From Ignavibacteria bacterium (GTDB lineage Bacteria > Bacteroidota > Ignavibacteria > Kapaibacteriales > UBA2268), in the NCBI GenBank assembly GCA_016844745.1, contig JAERMQ010000001.1, positions 29,475 through 93,474 on the forward strand: a stretch of 64,000 bases of DNA, in the 5' to 3' direction. The position numbers were made by a program, and so were the translations under genes. Shown piece by piece: positions 1-10,748 of this stretch. Position 1 is the first letter of the stretch. Each line of letters starts with the position of its first letter. The notes below the pieces were generated by a model. The model ran no database searches. It was not told where the DNA came from and worked only from the letters and a program-made list of their open reading frames with translations.

Positions 1-1
1 T

Positions 2-2200
2 TTTGATTATTCAACTTATGAATTAAGGCTTGTCGGCGGATTAACTCAATTATCGACAAACTATAAATTATTATATAGTAACGTAGCAGCCTGCATTTTA
101 ATGTTAGACAGCACCGGTTCGGTAACAAATTTAACAAAGAACTATTTTGCAGGCGACCAGGTCTATAATCTTACTTTAAAACGTGCTGAAACATTAAAAG
201 GCGATTTGTTTGTAAGAGGAACACTTACCATGAATTCAGGTAATCAAAGCCTTAATCTGGATAAGTATTCATTAATGTTCGAAGACCTCACTTCAGGCAC
301 AAGCTTAGTGACTATGTCGTCAGGACATATTTATGCACCGACCTTATCACATGTTATTTTCTCACCCGGTATGACAACAATGCCCTTGAATATATTCAAG
401 AATAACGAATGTGATGCTTTGACTACAGTAGCAGCATTAACTTTACCTTCTAACTTAAAGGTTAATGGCGCTTTCACTCAGCTTGGCGGTCCTTTTACTG
501 TCACAACAGGTGACTTTATATTTACATTAGGTCCCAATTCTACCATAACGAGGGCATTTACTTCAACTTATTATGTTTATGGTAATTTGCGCAGAACAGT
601 AACAAAGACTTCCACTCCGTTTAATATCGGCGGTGGTACAACTATAGCTCTCTATAGACCTGTAACCTTAGCATTTAAGAATACCGGCAGCAGCCAGGAT
701 GTTTTAATCTCATCGACTGCTTTAGAACCAACTGTCGGAAGAAACGGCGATGCAACAAAATCTGTAAACGTTACATGGAACATAACAGCAGAAGGTACAG
801 CTCCCACCGATAGCTTAAATGCAACTTTCGGATGGAACACTACTTATGAGTTAGATGAAGGTTCGGCAAATAATACAGTATTTACTGCAAAATGGCGAGG
901 TACAAGTTGGAAATCTTATAGAACTTCTCAAACACTCGCTGCAGATTATGATGCCACAGCAACACCTAGTATTACACAAAGTTTTGATGCAAGTTCTTAT
1001 CCAATAAAGAAAGACTCATTAAGCGGTTATTGGGCAATTTTTGTTGGTGATAATTCTGCTGATTCAAGTAAAGACCATGCTATCGGCATAGATTTTGGCG
1101 ATACAAAAGTAGTTGTGAAAAATATCAATCCTAATCCTGTCAGAACAGACGAAGTTTTCGATGTTACAATCGAGCTTCAGGACCAGGACGGTCAGCCGGT
1201 ATTAGCAACAGGTTCATCAGCATTTAAGGTAAAATTAAATACAAAATATGGAACTGCAACTTTAACTCAAGCAACCGGAAGCATTCCCGTTGGCTCAAGC
1301 GAAGTAACTTTGACAGGTTTGACTCTTACTAACCTTAGTGGAGAAGCAAACCATCAATTCATAGCCGATACTAACGGAACAGCTTCAGATGGATTCACAG
1401 ACGAAAGAATTCAAGCTACGATTAGCGACCCATTCTCGATTATTGGCTCCGACCCCGGCGCACAGGCATCAGGAATAATTTTCAGTAGTGTTGATTATAC
1501 AACTTTGACTGTTGCATGGACAAATCCGGCTACAAGTGCATTAGTTGTTGTCAGGGCTGATGCAGCTATTTCCGACACACCTGTCGATGGAGAAACCTAT
1601 ATCGCAAATTCTCATTTGGGTCTTGGCTCATCACTCGGAGACGGTGTAGTTGTTTATAATGGAACAGGTACTTCGGTGAATTTAACAGGATTAACCCCCG
1701 GAAGAACATATTACTTCAAGGTATTTTCTTATGAAGGTTCAACCGGATATGAAAATTATCTTCTTACGGGTTTTGGCACAGGAAATCCTAAATCCCAAGC
1801 TACGACAAGTTCCGATGACGATGATGTTGTTTATGGAGATAATGATAATTTTGTAAAATCAAAACCGATAGGTACTAATACTCCATTGGCTGGAACGATA
1901 AAGTCAGCAACCGATGAAGATTGGTTCAATTTCAGGGTTGTTAAGACTTCACCGAATATCAGGGTGAAATTGTACGGACTTCCGGCAAATTACAATGTCG
2001 AACTTTATAATTCTGATAATGTGATTGTTCGAAGAGCAATGCTAACTGGTTCGCAAAACGACGGTTTTGGTATAAACAGCTTAGAAGCGGGTACATATAC
2101 AATGAGGATTTACGGAGTAAGCGGTGCTTTTAGCGCAGCTTCCACTTACACAGTGAAAGTTACTTCAAAAGGCGCCGAAATATTCAGCGTTACCCGGTAA
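2..2200 (+). CDS. Large secreted protein, 5'-truncated by window edge; FN3-like domain and C-terminal pre-peptidase C-terminal (PPC)-like domain
   Basis: The frame is open from base 2, upstream of the ATG at 101. The protein is Thr/Ser/Gly-rich, with an FN3-like segment (LTVAW...LTGLTPGRTYYFKVFSY) and a PPC-like end (GTIKSATDEDWFNF...NYNVELY...GTYTMRIYG). Confidence 0.75.
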   Translation, partial: FDYSTYELRLVGGLTQLSTNYKLLYSNVAACILMLDSTGSVTNLTKNYFAGDQVYNLTLKRAETLKGDLFVRGTLTMNSGNQSLNLDKYSLMFEDLTSGTSLVTMSSGHIYAPTLSHVIFSPGMTTMPLNIFKNNECDALTTVAALTLPSNLKVNGAFTQLGGPFTVTTGDFIFTLGPNSTITRAFTSTYYVYGNLRRTVTKTSTPFNIGGGTTIALYRPVTLAFKNTGSSQDVLISSTALEPTVGRNGDATKSVNVTWNITAEGTAPTDSLNATFGWNTTYELDEGSANNTVFTAKWRGTSWKSYRTSQTLAADYDATATPSITQSFDASSYPIKKDSLSGYWAIFVGDNSADSSKDHAIGIDFGDTKVVVKNINPNPVRTDEVFDVTIELQDQDGQPVLATGSSAFKVKLNTKYGTATLTQATGSIPVGSSEVTLTGLTLTNLSGEANHQFIADTNGTASDGFTDERIQATISDPFSIIGSDPGAQASGIIFSSVDYTTLTVAWTNPATSALVVVRADAAISDTPVDGETYIANSHLGLGSSLGDGVVVYNGTGTSVNLTGLTPGRTYYFKVFSYEGSTGYENYLLTGFGTGNPKSQATTSSDDDDVVYGDNDNFVKSKPIGTNTPLAGTIKSATDEDWFNFRVVKTSPNIRVKLYGLPANYNVELYNSDNVIVRRAMLTGSQNDGFGINSLEAGTYTMRIYGVSGAFSAASTYTVKVTSKGAEIFSVTR

Positions 2201-2217
2201 ATGGCAAGAGTTCAGAA

Positions 2218-2245
2218 ATAACAAGGGAGCATGCTCCCTTGTTAT
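2218..2245. promoter_or_regulatory. Perfect 28-bp palindrome / intergenic stem-loop without U-tract
   Basis: ATAACAAGGGAGCA-TGCTCCCTTGTTAT lies between two co-oriented large genes. Confidence 0.7.
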
Positions 2246-2291
2246 GAAAGAGGGAAAAAATTAATTATTTAAAATATAAAGGAATAAAGCT

Positions 2292-5200
2292 ATGATAACA
2301 AAATTGAACAAAACGGAAAGAAAAGGACGTCACTTTTCCGTTAGCCAGTTGTTCATGTTAATTGCCGTCGGTTTAATACTGATTGGCAGCGAACTCTTCG
2401 CTCAGACATATTATTCGGTTTCTCTTAACCAACGTCGTATGGGCGATACAATCGGAGTAGAGGTATGGATTAAATCAGCAGATGCTACTAATGCTACCCA
2501 ACTCGGCAACATGACGTTAAACGTTCTCTATAACTCGACATATCTATCCCCAACAGGGACAACAGCATATGCCACGACAGATTCGATATTATTTGATATA
2601 CCGGAAGCATCCGACCCATATCAGACAATTCAATCAAATTACTCATCACAAGGTACCGGCGCTGTATATGGATTCGGAACGATGAGTGCCTCGGCAGGTT
2701 CCGGACTCATCGGTGGCAGTCCAACCAGTTTTTATGGTTTGCAGGTCGTATTGAATACCACAACCGGTTTCAAACCATTATCAACAGGTAAAGGTTCGTT
2801 CGTAGGATTATTGAAATTCAAAATACTTCAAGCAACGGCAATAACGAATGCAATTTTGACCGGTATTAGCATCAATGAAGATGCATCTGTCGGTAGTCCT
2901 ATTGTTATGACAGCCGGTGGAACAAATGTAACTACCAATGTTGATTTCACATCAACAAGCGACTTCAAATTGCGCGGTATCACTTTATTGAATCCTATCG
3001 GACTAAATCAAACAGTTAACAGATATCCGGTACCTACATATCAATTTATGAGTGCATTTAATAACCATAGTTATCCGATATACTTCGAAAGAAGCGGACT
3101 TCTTTTGGCAAATGCCGGAACCGACGAAACTTATGGTACAAATAAGCTGGCTTATAAATTTGAATATTCATTGGATAATGGTACGTTATGGACTGAATTC
3201 GGCAGAGTTGCCGAAACGGTTTACGATGTAGTTACATTAGGTGAAAATGTCAATAACCATCGTTCCGATGATATTGATACATTATCAGATACATATAACT
3301 ATACTGTTACCCAAGGAAATGGTACGGATTCATTATATTCGGAAAATAATGGTTTTAGTGGTATCTTAAGGGTTTTATGGAAAGGCGATTCCGAATTTTT
3401 ATCACGTTCGGAGGTTGCCAAGATGAAGATAACCCAACTCGATACTGCATCGGCATCGACAACCACGACTATAACAAGCCGTACGCTGATTACTTCATAT
3501 ACCGAAGCATCGCGTTATGCCGTAAGTCCCTATACATTTATACTTGGTAGGCTATTCTTTGTACAGTTGGATGGTAGTTCTTCATATCTCCGAACTTCAT
3601 ACAATTATGAAGGCGCTGCACAGTTAACTGTTGAAGCTTGGGTTAACTTGAATCATACCCCATCCAATTTTGGTGGGTATCCTGCAATTGTTGCTTCATC
3701 AGCAGGTCCAACATCAAATGAAGAAGGAGCATGGATGCTTTATCTGAACCAGGGAAAATATCCGGCATTCAAATGCCGTGAAATGAGTGGTCGTGGATTA
3801 GTTGATTCATTCCTCGCGGTAGTTGTGTCTCCGGATTCTTTGACTACATCAAACCCGGTCGTACCAATAGTAAATGCACATACTTCACATTGGACACATG
3901 TTGCAGCAACTGTTGAAAACAATGTTGTTACATTGTATGTTAATGGCGAAATTGTCGATAAACAAACAAATAAAAATGCCAAGAATATTCAGTTACTTCA
4001 AACCAAACATCCGATTTGGATTGGTTTAAATCCGAATACCACTTATAATACCGGTATTGGACCAAGTAATTTAACAAGCGGTACTTTTACTTCAACAAAT
4101 TATTTACATGGCGGTGTAAAAGAAGTTCGTGTTTGGAGAACTGCTTTAACTCAAGACCAATTAAGAGCAAGGATCATTGGTGTTACAGATCCCGATGGTT
4201 CTACAACCCCCGTTGGTTCAACGTCACAAGATTTACGAACAGCTTTGGATATGGATTTTTCATTCCAGGGTGCAAGAACGGATGTTGCCGGTGATTATAC
4301 CTGGCAAGCCGGACCAAATGTAATAAATTTATATACGACTTCTAATATATTGAGTTCTGCTTCGAATAGCAGTATTAATTTCCGACCCGACAGACCGCAT
4401 ATCAAATTAACTGCACCTGTTGGAAACGAAGGAGTTGTAAATAGAAAAGACTTTACTTTTGATGTTCGTTGGGTATCTTATGGATTTAGTTCCAGCTATG
4501 ACAGCGTTCAAGTCCAGGCTACCCGCGATGGCGGAAACAATTGGTTTGATGGTATTGCCAGCGATGGTAATCCTATGATTAACATGAGTATAGTTAATGG
4601 TCAGGCTACTTGGGAGCCATACAGGAATCAAGGTGCATCCAATGATGTTGCCGACGATTTGCAAAGTGTTGTTCCACTTGTAACTGCACAAACTACATTT
4701 GACGGTAATTTTGATAAAACCTGCCAGTTAAGAATCGTTACATCTGATGGTAATTGGAATAGTATATATGACCAATCAAGTGATTTTACAGTTGCTCCGT
4801 ATTTCGCTTTTGAAAACAACGGTTCCTCATATATTAGAGTTCCTAGCACGACAACTATCAATTTAACCGGAGCTTATGGTTTTATAGAGAGTTGGATAAA
4901 TCCTTATAAACTGCCTACATCAGGTAAATTTTTCCCGATTTTCTCAAAAAGGGATACTTCAACAGCTAAAACTATGCATTATTCATTAAGACTACTCAGT
5001 ACAGGTCAGTTGCAGTTTGCAGTTGGCAGTAGCAGTGGTACAATTTATACGGCAACCAGTTTAAGTACAGACCCTATCGTTGCACCTAATTCAAGGGTAT
5101 TCGATTCTGTCTGGACTCATGTTGGAGTATGGTTTAACCTGGCTAACGGCGGTACCGGACATCAGGTAATTTTCTACATCGATGGTACCCCGCAGAGTTC

Positions 5201-8200
5201 ATCGTCAGTTCAATTTACTGCAACATCAGGTATATCCGTAAATAGTTTGAATCTATATCCTGCTTTTATAGGTTATGAACCTGATGCAAGTGCCGAATTA
5301 TTCTTAGGTATGATTAGGGATTTAAGAGTCTGGGGAAGTAATCCTGCCGGTATGGATGCAACAGGAACAGAACCGACATCATTGTCGAAATTTGTTCAAG
5401 GAGCCTGTACTGTACCCACAGATTCATTAACTACGATTCTCGGAACTGATTATTCCAAGAATTTAAGGATGGCATTCTTACTAAATGGTGGAAGTTTTAT
5501 ATCCAACGGAAATTGGATGAGCGTTTCCGCTTTTCCATCAAGACTTGGTTTGGATGCTAAGGTAATGGGTTATGATGTTAGCTATAAAGCAACACCACCT
5601 TTTGTTAAATTAGTAGAACCTGTATTTGAACAATCAGTTCCCACAACGCAAACCGATTTACGTGTTCGATGGGTTGGTTCCGATTTTACAAAAAATAACG
5701 AATTGGCTTATGATGCTTCAACAGCACCTACATTCCGAGCCGGTGATTCAACATATTATCCTGACTTGTGGTTCTCGACCCGTGGCGGTGGAGGAATGGC
5801 ATTTACACCATTCAAATATGTTGCAAGTATGCGTCATAATGTTGCAAGTTATGTTAACTCTTTGACTTTGCCTTCCAGCAATAGTGAATATGAATTTCCC
5901 GGTTCATTCAATGCTTCTCAATATTCAGGAATACTCGATGTATCGATGGCAAATCCTGAAGTTGCAGGAGAACTGGATTACTCGGAACAGGGAGAAATTC
6001 CTTCATCGATGACTCAAGGACAATTGCAATTGAGAGCTCGTACTTATATTAACGGTTCGTTCCTTGAATATGAGAATGAAGACGATGGGAGAATGTACTC
6101 ATTACTTTCCAAATCAAAGGTATTTGATATAACACCTCCGAGTAATTATACCGTTCGTGTTCTTTTGGAAGGTTTTCACAGAGGAAATCAAGGCACAGAC
6201 GGAATGCCAATCGGCACATCTTATGTAACTGGCGGTTTAAGAATCAGTATGTACGAAGATAATGGTAGTTCTGCCGGAACAAAATTGGATTCTGCTGAGT
6301 CTACACTTGGATATTATACCGATGCTTCGACTCTTAATCCTACTACACCCGTTATAAGAGGTACTGATGGTTCGACATACGGTAATGTACCATTTATTTT
6401 CAGGACATTATCCGATGGTCGTTATTTCGTAAAAGTTGACCATATAAATCACTTACCGATTCTTTCCCGTTATGCTACACCGTTCTATTTCTCAGGTGAT
6501 GCTATTGGAACATGGGATGTTGAATCCGGTTGGGATTTCCAAAACTGGGATGGAACTGATGACCAGGTTACCGAAGCCGAAGCAGCTACTGAACCCCCAA
6601 CTATCGGTACAAAATATACTGCTTATGGTAATTCTATTGTTACTAAAGGTGAACCGAATTGGGGTAATACAGGTCTGAGTTACAATAACGGTAATGGTGA
6701 CGAAGATATCGATGTTGCATTTGCAGCTATGGTTGGCGGTGATGCAGTAAAAGACGGTCAAATTAACTCTGCTGATAGAACAAAGATTGTTATTGCTGCA
6801 GGCTCGAGTAATAATTATGAAAGCGACGTTAATGGCGACGGTTTTGTTAATGCAACTGACCGATTGATTTGCGATAACAACTTCAACAAAGGTTCATCCA
6901 TTGCAGGATTGGGACTCATTGCCGGAACCGGTAACGGGTTTAATACTCCTTCTATCATATTGCCCGAAGAACCTGAGTTGTCAATGATGTACATCAAAGC
7001 TGCCAAATTAACTTCTGAATTGTTATCTAAACAATCAAATCCGTCTGCTCCAATATTCGGAAAGAATCAGGACAGAGTATTAGCAGCCGGTATTAACTAT
7101 AAAGTTATGGCAGAAACAAAAGTAAATGGTCAATTTGTTGATGTTGATGTTTACATTCAAAATACAGGTGATGATTTTGCAATGGGAAATGCTACTTTTG
7201 CCATTAATTTCAATGCAGGCGCTTTAAAATTTGAGAGCCTGATTAGAAATAAAGAAGTTATCTTCAACGAAAGACCTGACCTCGGGTATTTCCAACAATA
7301 TTCTGCACCGAATATGAATACAAAGAATCCAATTTCCGATTTGAGAACAATCGAAATCGACTTTGATAGTCATGTATTCAATGGAAAACATTTACCAGGT
7401 CAGATTGTCCCCAGAATAAAAACTTATGTCGGTACTTTAAGATTCCAGGTTGTTGTTCCAACCAATGAATATTCATTTACATGGCACCGCAGTAAAGTTG
7501 TTCATGATGTCGATGGTGTTGACAAAACAAGTAAAGGTACATTCTTACCAATCAGCCCGATAATTACAAGCAATGAAATTGCAATTATTGTCCCGAACGG
7601 TGGCGAAATACTTCAATCAGGCGATGTTTACAACATTTCATGGACAAAACCTGCAGAGGAAGTACTTGTACATATTGAATTATCTCTGGACAATGGCAAA
7701 TCATGGCAGAGAATTACAACTGCACCAACAAGCGCTATGTCCCAGAAATTCATCTGGAAAGTTCCTCAGGCTAATTCTGCCGAATGTTTGGTTAGATTGA
7801 CAAATTCCGAAAACGGAACTGAAATCGACCGTTCAGACGCAGTATTTACAATTAATCCTCCGGCTCTTCAGTTAATTCGTCCGGCAGCTTCCGATCCTAC
7901 TTATGCCGGTGGCTCATCCGACTATATTAAATGGAAAGTCAGCAACACATCGAATATTCGTTTCGAATTCTCATCGGATGGCGGAACGAAATGGACATCA
8001 GTTACAGCAGTTGTAAATGCAAACTTAGACCAGGTAAAATGGACGCTTCCTTCGGTAAATACAAAAACCGCCGTCGTTCGTATGATTAATAACGATAACG
8101 GAACCGAAATGATTCGTTCAGGCTACTTCAGGATATTAGTTGGCAAGGTTACTCTAACTTCACCAACCGATGGAAAGAAAATTACATTAGGTACACAAGA

Positions 8201-8720
8201 AACAATTAAATGGACCTTCAACGGTGTTACCCGTTTCGACCTTCAGTTCAGCCGCGATGGCGGTGCAACCTGGGAAAAACTGGCAAATAACGTAGTTGCA
8301 TCAAAATATAATTTGGTATGGTCAGTACCGAAGATTAATACCGATAAAGGTATAATCCGTGCAGTATTGGTCGGCGATCCTTCAATGGAATATTCCAGGA
8401 CAGGCGTATTCTCAATCGTTGGACCTGTTAGTGACGTAAAAGAATGGTTAGCAGACGGTTATTTATTACAATCCGTACAGCCCAATCCTTTCGCTGAGCA
8501 GGCAAATGTTGAATTCTCAATTCCGAGAAATGAAAAAGTAACAATCAGTATCTTCAATGAAGCTGGTATGAAAGTTGCAACAATCATAAATGGACAGGAA
8601 TTCGATGCCGGCACATACAGAATCGATATCGATGGTACAAGCCTTGCAAATGGTATGTACGTCGTTCGTATCGAAGCCGGACTCTTTAACGAAGCGCAGA
8701 AGGTAATTCATATCAAATAA
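2292..8720 (+). CDS. 2142-aa T9SS cargo: signal peptide, cohesin-like domain, two LamG-like domains, dockerin-like module, second cohesin-like domain, three Ig-like repeats, T9SS CTD
   Basis: LamG motifs are TVEAWVN...WTHVAAT...LYVNG...EVRVW and IESWINP...WTHVGV...FYIDG...DLRVW. A duplicated Ca-loop reads GDAVKDGQINSAD / SDVNGDGFVNATD. There are PNGGE...I.W repeats. The C-terminus is QPNPF...LANGMYVVRI...KVIHIK. Confidence 0.85.
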   Translation: MITKLNKTERKGRHFSVSQLFMLIAVGLILIGSELFAQTYYSVSLNQRRMGDTIGVEVWIKSADATNATQLGNMTLNVLYNSTYLSPTGTTAYATTDSILFDIPEASDPYQTIQSNYSSQGTGAVYGFGTMSASAGSGLIGGSPTSFYGLQVVLNTTTGFKPLSTGKGSFVGLLKFKILQATAITNAILTGISINEDASVGSPIVMTAGGTNVTTNVDFTSTSDFKLRGITLLNPIGLNQTVNRYPVPTYQFMSAFNNHSYPIYFERSGLLLANAGTDETYGTNKLAYKFEYSLDNGTLWTEFGRVAETVYDVVTLGENVNNHRSDDIDTLSDTYNYTVTQGNGTDSLYSENNGFSGILRVLWKGDSEFLSRSEVAKMKITQLDTASASTTTTITSRTLITSYTEASRYAVSPYTFILGRLFFVQLDGSSSYLRTSYNYEGAAQLTVEAWVNLNHTPSNFGGYPAIVASSAGPTSNEEGAWMLYLNQGKYPAFKCREMSGRGLVDSFLAVVVSPDSLTTSNPVVPIVNAHTSHWTHVAATVENNVVTLYVNGEIVDKQTNKNAKNIQLLQTKHPIWIGLNPNTTYNTGIGPSNLTSGTFTSTNYLHGGVKEVRVWRTALTQDQLRARIIGVTDPDGSTTPVGSTSQDLRTALDMDFSFQGARTDVAGDYTWQAGPNVINLYTTSNILSSASNSSINFRPDRPHIKLTAPVGNEGVVNRKDFTFDVRWVSYGFSSSYDSVQVQATRDGGNNWFDGIASDGNPMINMSIVNGQATWEPYRNQGASNDVADDLQSVVPLVTAQTTFDGNFDKTCQLRIVTSDGNWNSIYDQSSDFTVAPYFAFENNGSSYIRVPSTTTINLTGAYGFIESWINPYKLPTSGKFFPIFSKRDTSTAKTMHYSLRLLSTGQLQFAVGSSSGTIYTATSLSTDPIVAPNSRVFDSVWTHVGVWFNLANGGTGHQVIFYIDGTPQSSSSVQFTATSGISVNSLNLYPAFIGYEPDASAELFLGMIRDLRVWGSNPAGMDATGTEPTSLSKFVQGACTVPTDSLTTILGTDYSKNLRMAFLLNGGSFISNGNWMSVSAFPSRLGLDAKVMGYDVSYKATPPFVKLVEPVFEQSVPTTQTDLRVRWVGSDFTKNNELAYDASTAPTFRAGDSTYYPDLWFSTRGGGGMAFTPFKYVASMRHNVASYVNSLTLPSSNSEYEFPGSFNASQYSGILDVSMANPEVAGELDYSEQGEIPSSMTQGQLQLRARTYINGSFLEYENEDDGRMYSLLSKSKVFDITPPSNYTVRVLLEGFHRGNQGTDGMPIGTSYVTGGLRISMYEDNGSSAGTKLDSAESTLGYYTDASTLNPTTPVIRGTDGSTYGNVPFIFRTLSDGRYFVKVDHINHLPILSRYATPFYFSGDAIGTWDVESGWDFQNWDGTDDQVTEAEAATEPPTIGTKYTAYGNSIVTKGEPNWGNTGLSYNNGNGDEDIDVAFAAMVGGDAVKDGQINSADRTKIVIAAGSSNNYESDVNGDGFVNATDRLICDNNFNKGSSIAGLGLIAGTGNGFNTPSIILPEEPELSMMYIKAAKLTSELLSKQSNPSAPIFGKNQDRVLAAGINYKVMAETKVNGQFVDVDVYIQNTGDDFAMGNATFAINFNAGALKFESLIRNKEVIFNERPDLGYFQQYSAPNMNTKNPISDLRTIEIDFDSHVFNGKHLPGQIVPRIKTYVGTLRFQVVVPTNEYSFTWHRSKVVHDVDGVDKTSKGTFLPISPIITSNEIAIIVPNGGEILQSGDVYNISWTKPAEEVLVHIELSLDNGKSWQRITTAPTSAMSQKFIWKVPQANSAECLVRLTNSENGTEIDRSDAVFTINPPALQLIRPAASDPTYAGGSSDYIKWKVSNTSNIRFEFSSDGGTKWTSVTAVVNANLDQVKWTLPSVNTKTAVVRMINNDNGTEMIRSGYFRILVGKVTLTSPTDGKKITLGTQETIKWTFNGVTRFDLQFSRDGGATWEKLANNVVASKYNLVWSVPKINTDKGIIRAVLVGDPSMEYSRTGVFSIVGPVSDVKEWLADGYLLQSVQPNPFAEQANVEFSIPRNEKVTISIFNEAGMKVATIINGQEFDAGTYRIDIDGTSLANGMYVVRIEAGLFNEAQKVIHIK

Positions 8721-8743
8721 TTATTGATTATTAATTATATCTT

Positions 8744-8779
8744 AAGAGCGGCTAAGTAAAATTAGCCGCTCTTTTTTTT
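8744..8779 (+). terminator. Rho-independent terminator
   Basis: AAGAGCGGCTAA-gtaaaa-TTAGCCGCTCTT is followed by a T-run, directly after the 2142-aa gene. Confidence 0.85.
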
Positions 8780-8816
8780 GTATTTTCCTTAAATAAACGG
8801 TTTCAATATATTCCTA

Positions 8817-8906
8817 ATACCAAGTTGCGTTCAAACAGACAAGGATGTCTGTTCTACCAATAACAGTAGAACAGACATCCTTGTCTGTTTGAACGCAACT
8901 TGGTAT
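8817..8906. repeat. Perfect 41-bp inverted repeat with 8-nt spacer (MITE/REP-like)
   Basis: ATACCAAGTTGCGTTCAAACAGACAAGGATGTCTGTTCTAC (8817-8857) has its exact reverse complement at 8866-8906. Confidence 0.85.
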
Positions 8907-9171
8907 AATACTAAGAAAAATTTTTGTACTACTCAGGAGGATGGAATAACGAACAAGGATTAACAATTTAAGATTTTAGAAGAAAGCAAACAGGAAAAAA
9001 AGTAATTATATGAATATAAAAGAATTGAATTTATACCTATTTTCGTAAAAAGCGTTGAAGCTACACTGAAGAATGAGCAAAAAAAAAGTACGAAATCATA
9101 AATCATAAATCGTTAAACCTAGTTCTTAAATATTTTTTCTATACATAATTGCTGAATAGTTACAAATTTTT

Positions 9172-9179
9172 TAATTTTG
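9172..9179 (+). promoter_or_regulatory. Bacteroidota-type -7 promoter element (TAnnTTTG)
   Basis: TAATTTTG lies upstream of the biotin carboxylase. The same motif precedes rfbA (11398), tRNA-Arg (24130), prfB (48592-48599, minus), MNT (48739), isochorismatase (53762-53769, minus), murG (56083) and the 61274 gene (61237). Chance matches are common in AT-rich DNA. Confidence 0.5.
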
Positions 9180-9251
9180 AACTATAATAGATAAAGTTTA
9201 TCAATCATATTAATTGAATTGATGGTATCAAAGGCTAAATAAGGAATAAAA

Positions 9252-10745
9252 ATGTTTAAAAAGATTTTAATTGCAAATCGAAGTGAAATAGCTTGTCGTG
9301 TCATTAAGGCATGCAAGGAAATGGGAATTAAGTCGGTAGCCGTTTATTCGGAGGCAGATGCATTATCCCGGCATGTCAGGATTGCCGATGAAGCGGTATG
9401 TATTGGTCCGGCGCCGGCACGGGATTCTTATTTAAAAATGGAAGCGATAATTGAAGCAGCAATGCAAACCGGTAGCGATGCTATTCATCCGGGGTATGGC
9501 TTTCTTGCTGAGAATCACGAGTTTAACCAAAAAGTAAGAGATGCCGGGTTGATATTTATTGGACCTGACCCTGAACCCATGAAACTGTTGGGTTCTAAAG
9601 TTGCATCCCGCATTAAAATGTTAGAAGCCGGAGTTCCGGTAATACCCGGGATGAATTCAAGTTCAAAAAAGATTGAAGATTTCGAGGAGGCTGCCGAATC
9701 AATGGGATTTCCTGTCCTAATAAAAGCATCAGCAGGTGGCGGAGGAAAAGGAATGCGAATCGTAAATAAAAAAGATGATTTGGCATCTTCTGTCGAATCT
9801 GCAATGCGGGAGTCATTATCAGCTTTCGGGAGTGATGAAGTATTTCTTGAAAAGTATATCGAACAACCACGGCATATTGAATTCCAGGTTGCTGCGGATA
9901 ATCATGGTAATGCACTTCATCTTTTTGAAAGAGAATGTTCTATTCAACGTCGCCACCAGAAAATAATCGAGGAGTCTCCGTCAACAGCTATCGATGCAGA
10001 ACTAAGGCGTAAAATGGGTGAGACAGCCGTTCGAGTTATTAAAGCTTCAAATTATAATAATCTGGGTACTGTTGAATTTCTTGTCGATAAGAATAAAAAT
10101 TTCTATTTCCTCGAAGTAAATGCTCGTATTCAAGTCGAACATCCGATAACGGAGGCTGTAACCGGTATTGACCTCGTTAAATTACAGATTCAAATTGCTG
10201 ACGGAGAAACATTACCTTTTACACAGGACGATTTGAATCAACGGGGACATGCCATTGAATGTCGTATTTATGCCGAAGATGCCGATAATAATTTTATGCC
10301 ATCTTCCGGGATTATTCATTATTTAAGGGAGCCACTCGGTGGGGGAATCCGGTATGATTCAGGTATATATCAGGGAGCCACTATTCCTGTATTTTATGAC
10401 CCTGTACTTGCAAAACTTATTACTTTTGGTAAAGACAGGGAAGAGGCACGAGTCAGGATGATTCTTGCTCTAAAGGATAATATAATTCTTGGCGTAAAAA
10501 CCTCGATTGGTTTTATGATACGGGTATTGGAACATGAAGAGTTTATCGCCGGCAATACATATACCGATTTTATTGATAAGAATATGAAAAACTGGAAAAA
10601 GGATGAAAGTGATTTATTTAATGCAGCTCTTGCTTCGGCTTCCCTAACTTCTTCAAAGAAAAAAGTAGAATTCGAGTTTTCAGAATCAATAATTCCTGAA
10701 CCCTGGCAGTTAATTGGGAAGTGGGAGATTGCCGCTGGTAATTGA
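9252..10745 (+). CDS. accC: Biotin carboxylase subunit of an acyl-CoA carboxylase (AccC/PccA/MccA family)
   Basis: Motifs KILIANRSEIA, HPGYGFLAEN, KASAGGGGKGMR, ERECSIQRRHQK, EVNARIQVEHP and YDPVLAKL are present. No BCCP domain is fused. Confidence 0.9.
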   Translation: MFKKILIANRSEIACRVIKACKEMGIKSVAVYSEADALSRHVRIADEAVCIGPAPARDSYLKMEAIIEAAMQTGSDAIHPGYGFLAENHEFNQKVRDAGLIFIGPDPEPMKLLGSKVASRIKMLEAGVPVIPGMNSSSKKIEDFEEAAESMGFPVLIKASAGGGGKGMRIVNKKDDLASSVESAMRESLSAFGSDEVFLEKYIEQPRHIEFQVAADNHGNALHLFERECSIQRRHQKIIEESPSTAIDAELRRKMGETAVRVIKASNYNNLGTVEFLVDKNKNFYFLEVNARIQVEHPITEAVTGIDLVKLQIQIADGETLPFTQDDLNQRGHAIECRIYAEDADNNFMPSSGIIHYLREPLGGGIRYDSGIYQGATIPVFYDPVLAKLITFGKDREEARVRMILALKDNIILGVKTSIGFMIRVLEHEEFIAGNTYTDFIDKNMKNWKKDESDLFNAALASASLTSSKKKVEFEFSESIIPEPWQLIGKWEIAAGN

Positions 10746-10748
10746 TGA

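Noticed and set aside
8930-9100. Possible decayed small toxin-antitoxin remnant
   Set aside because: There are only short broken frames with no convincing motif.
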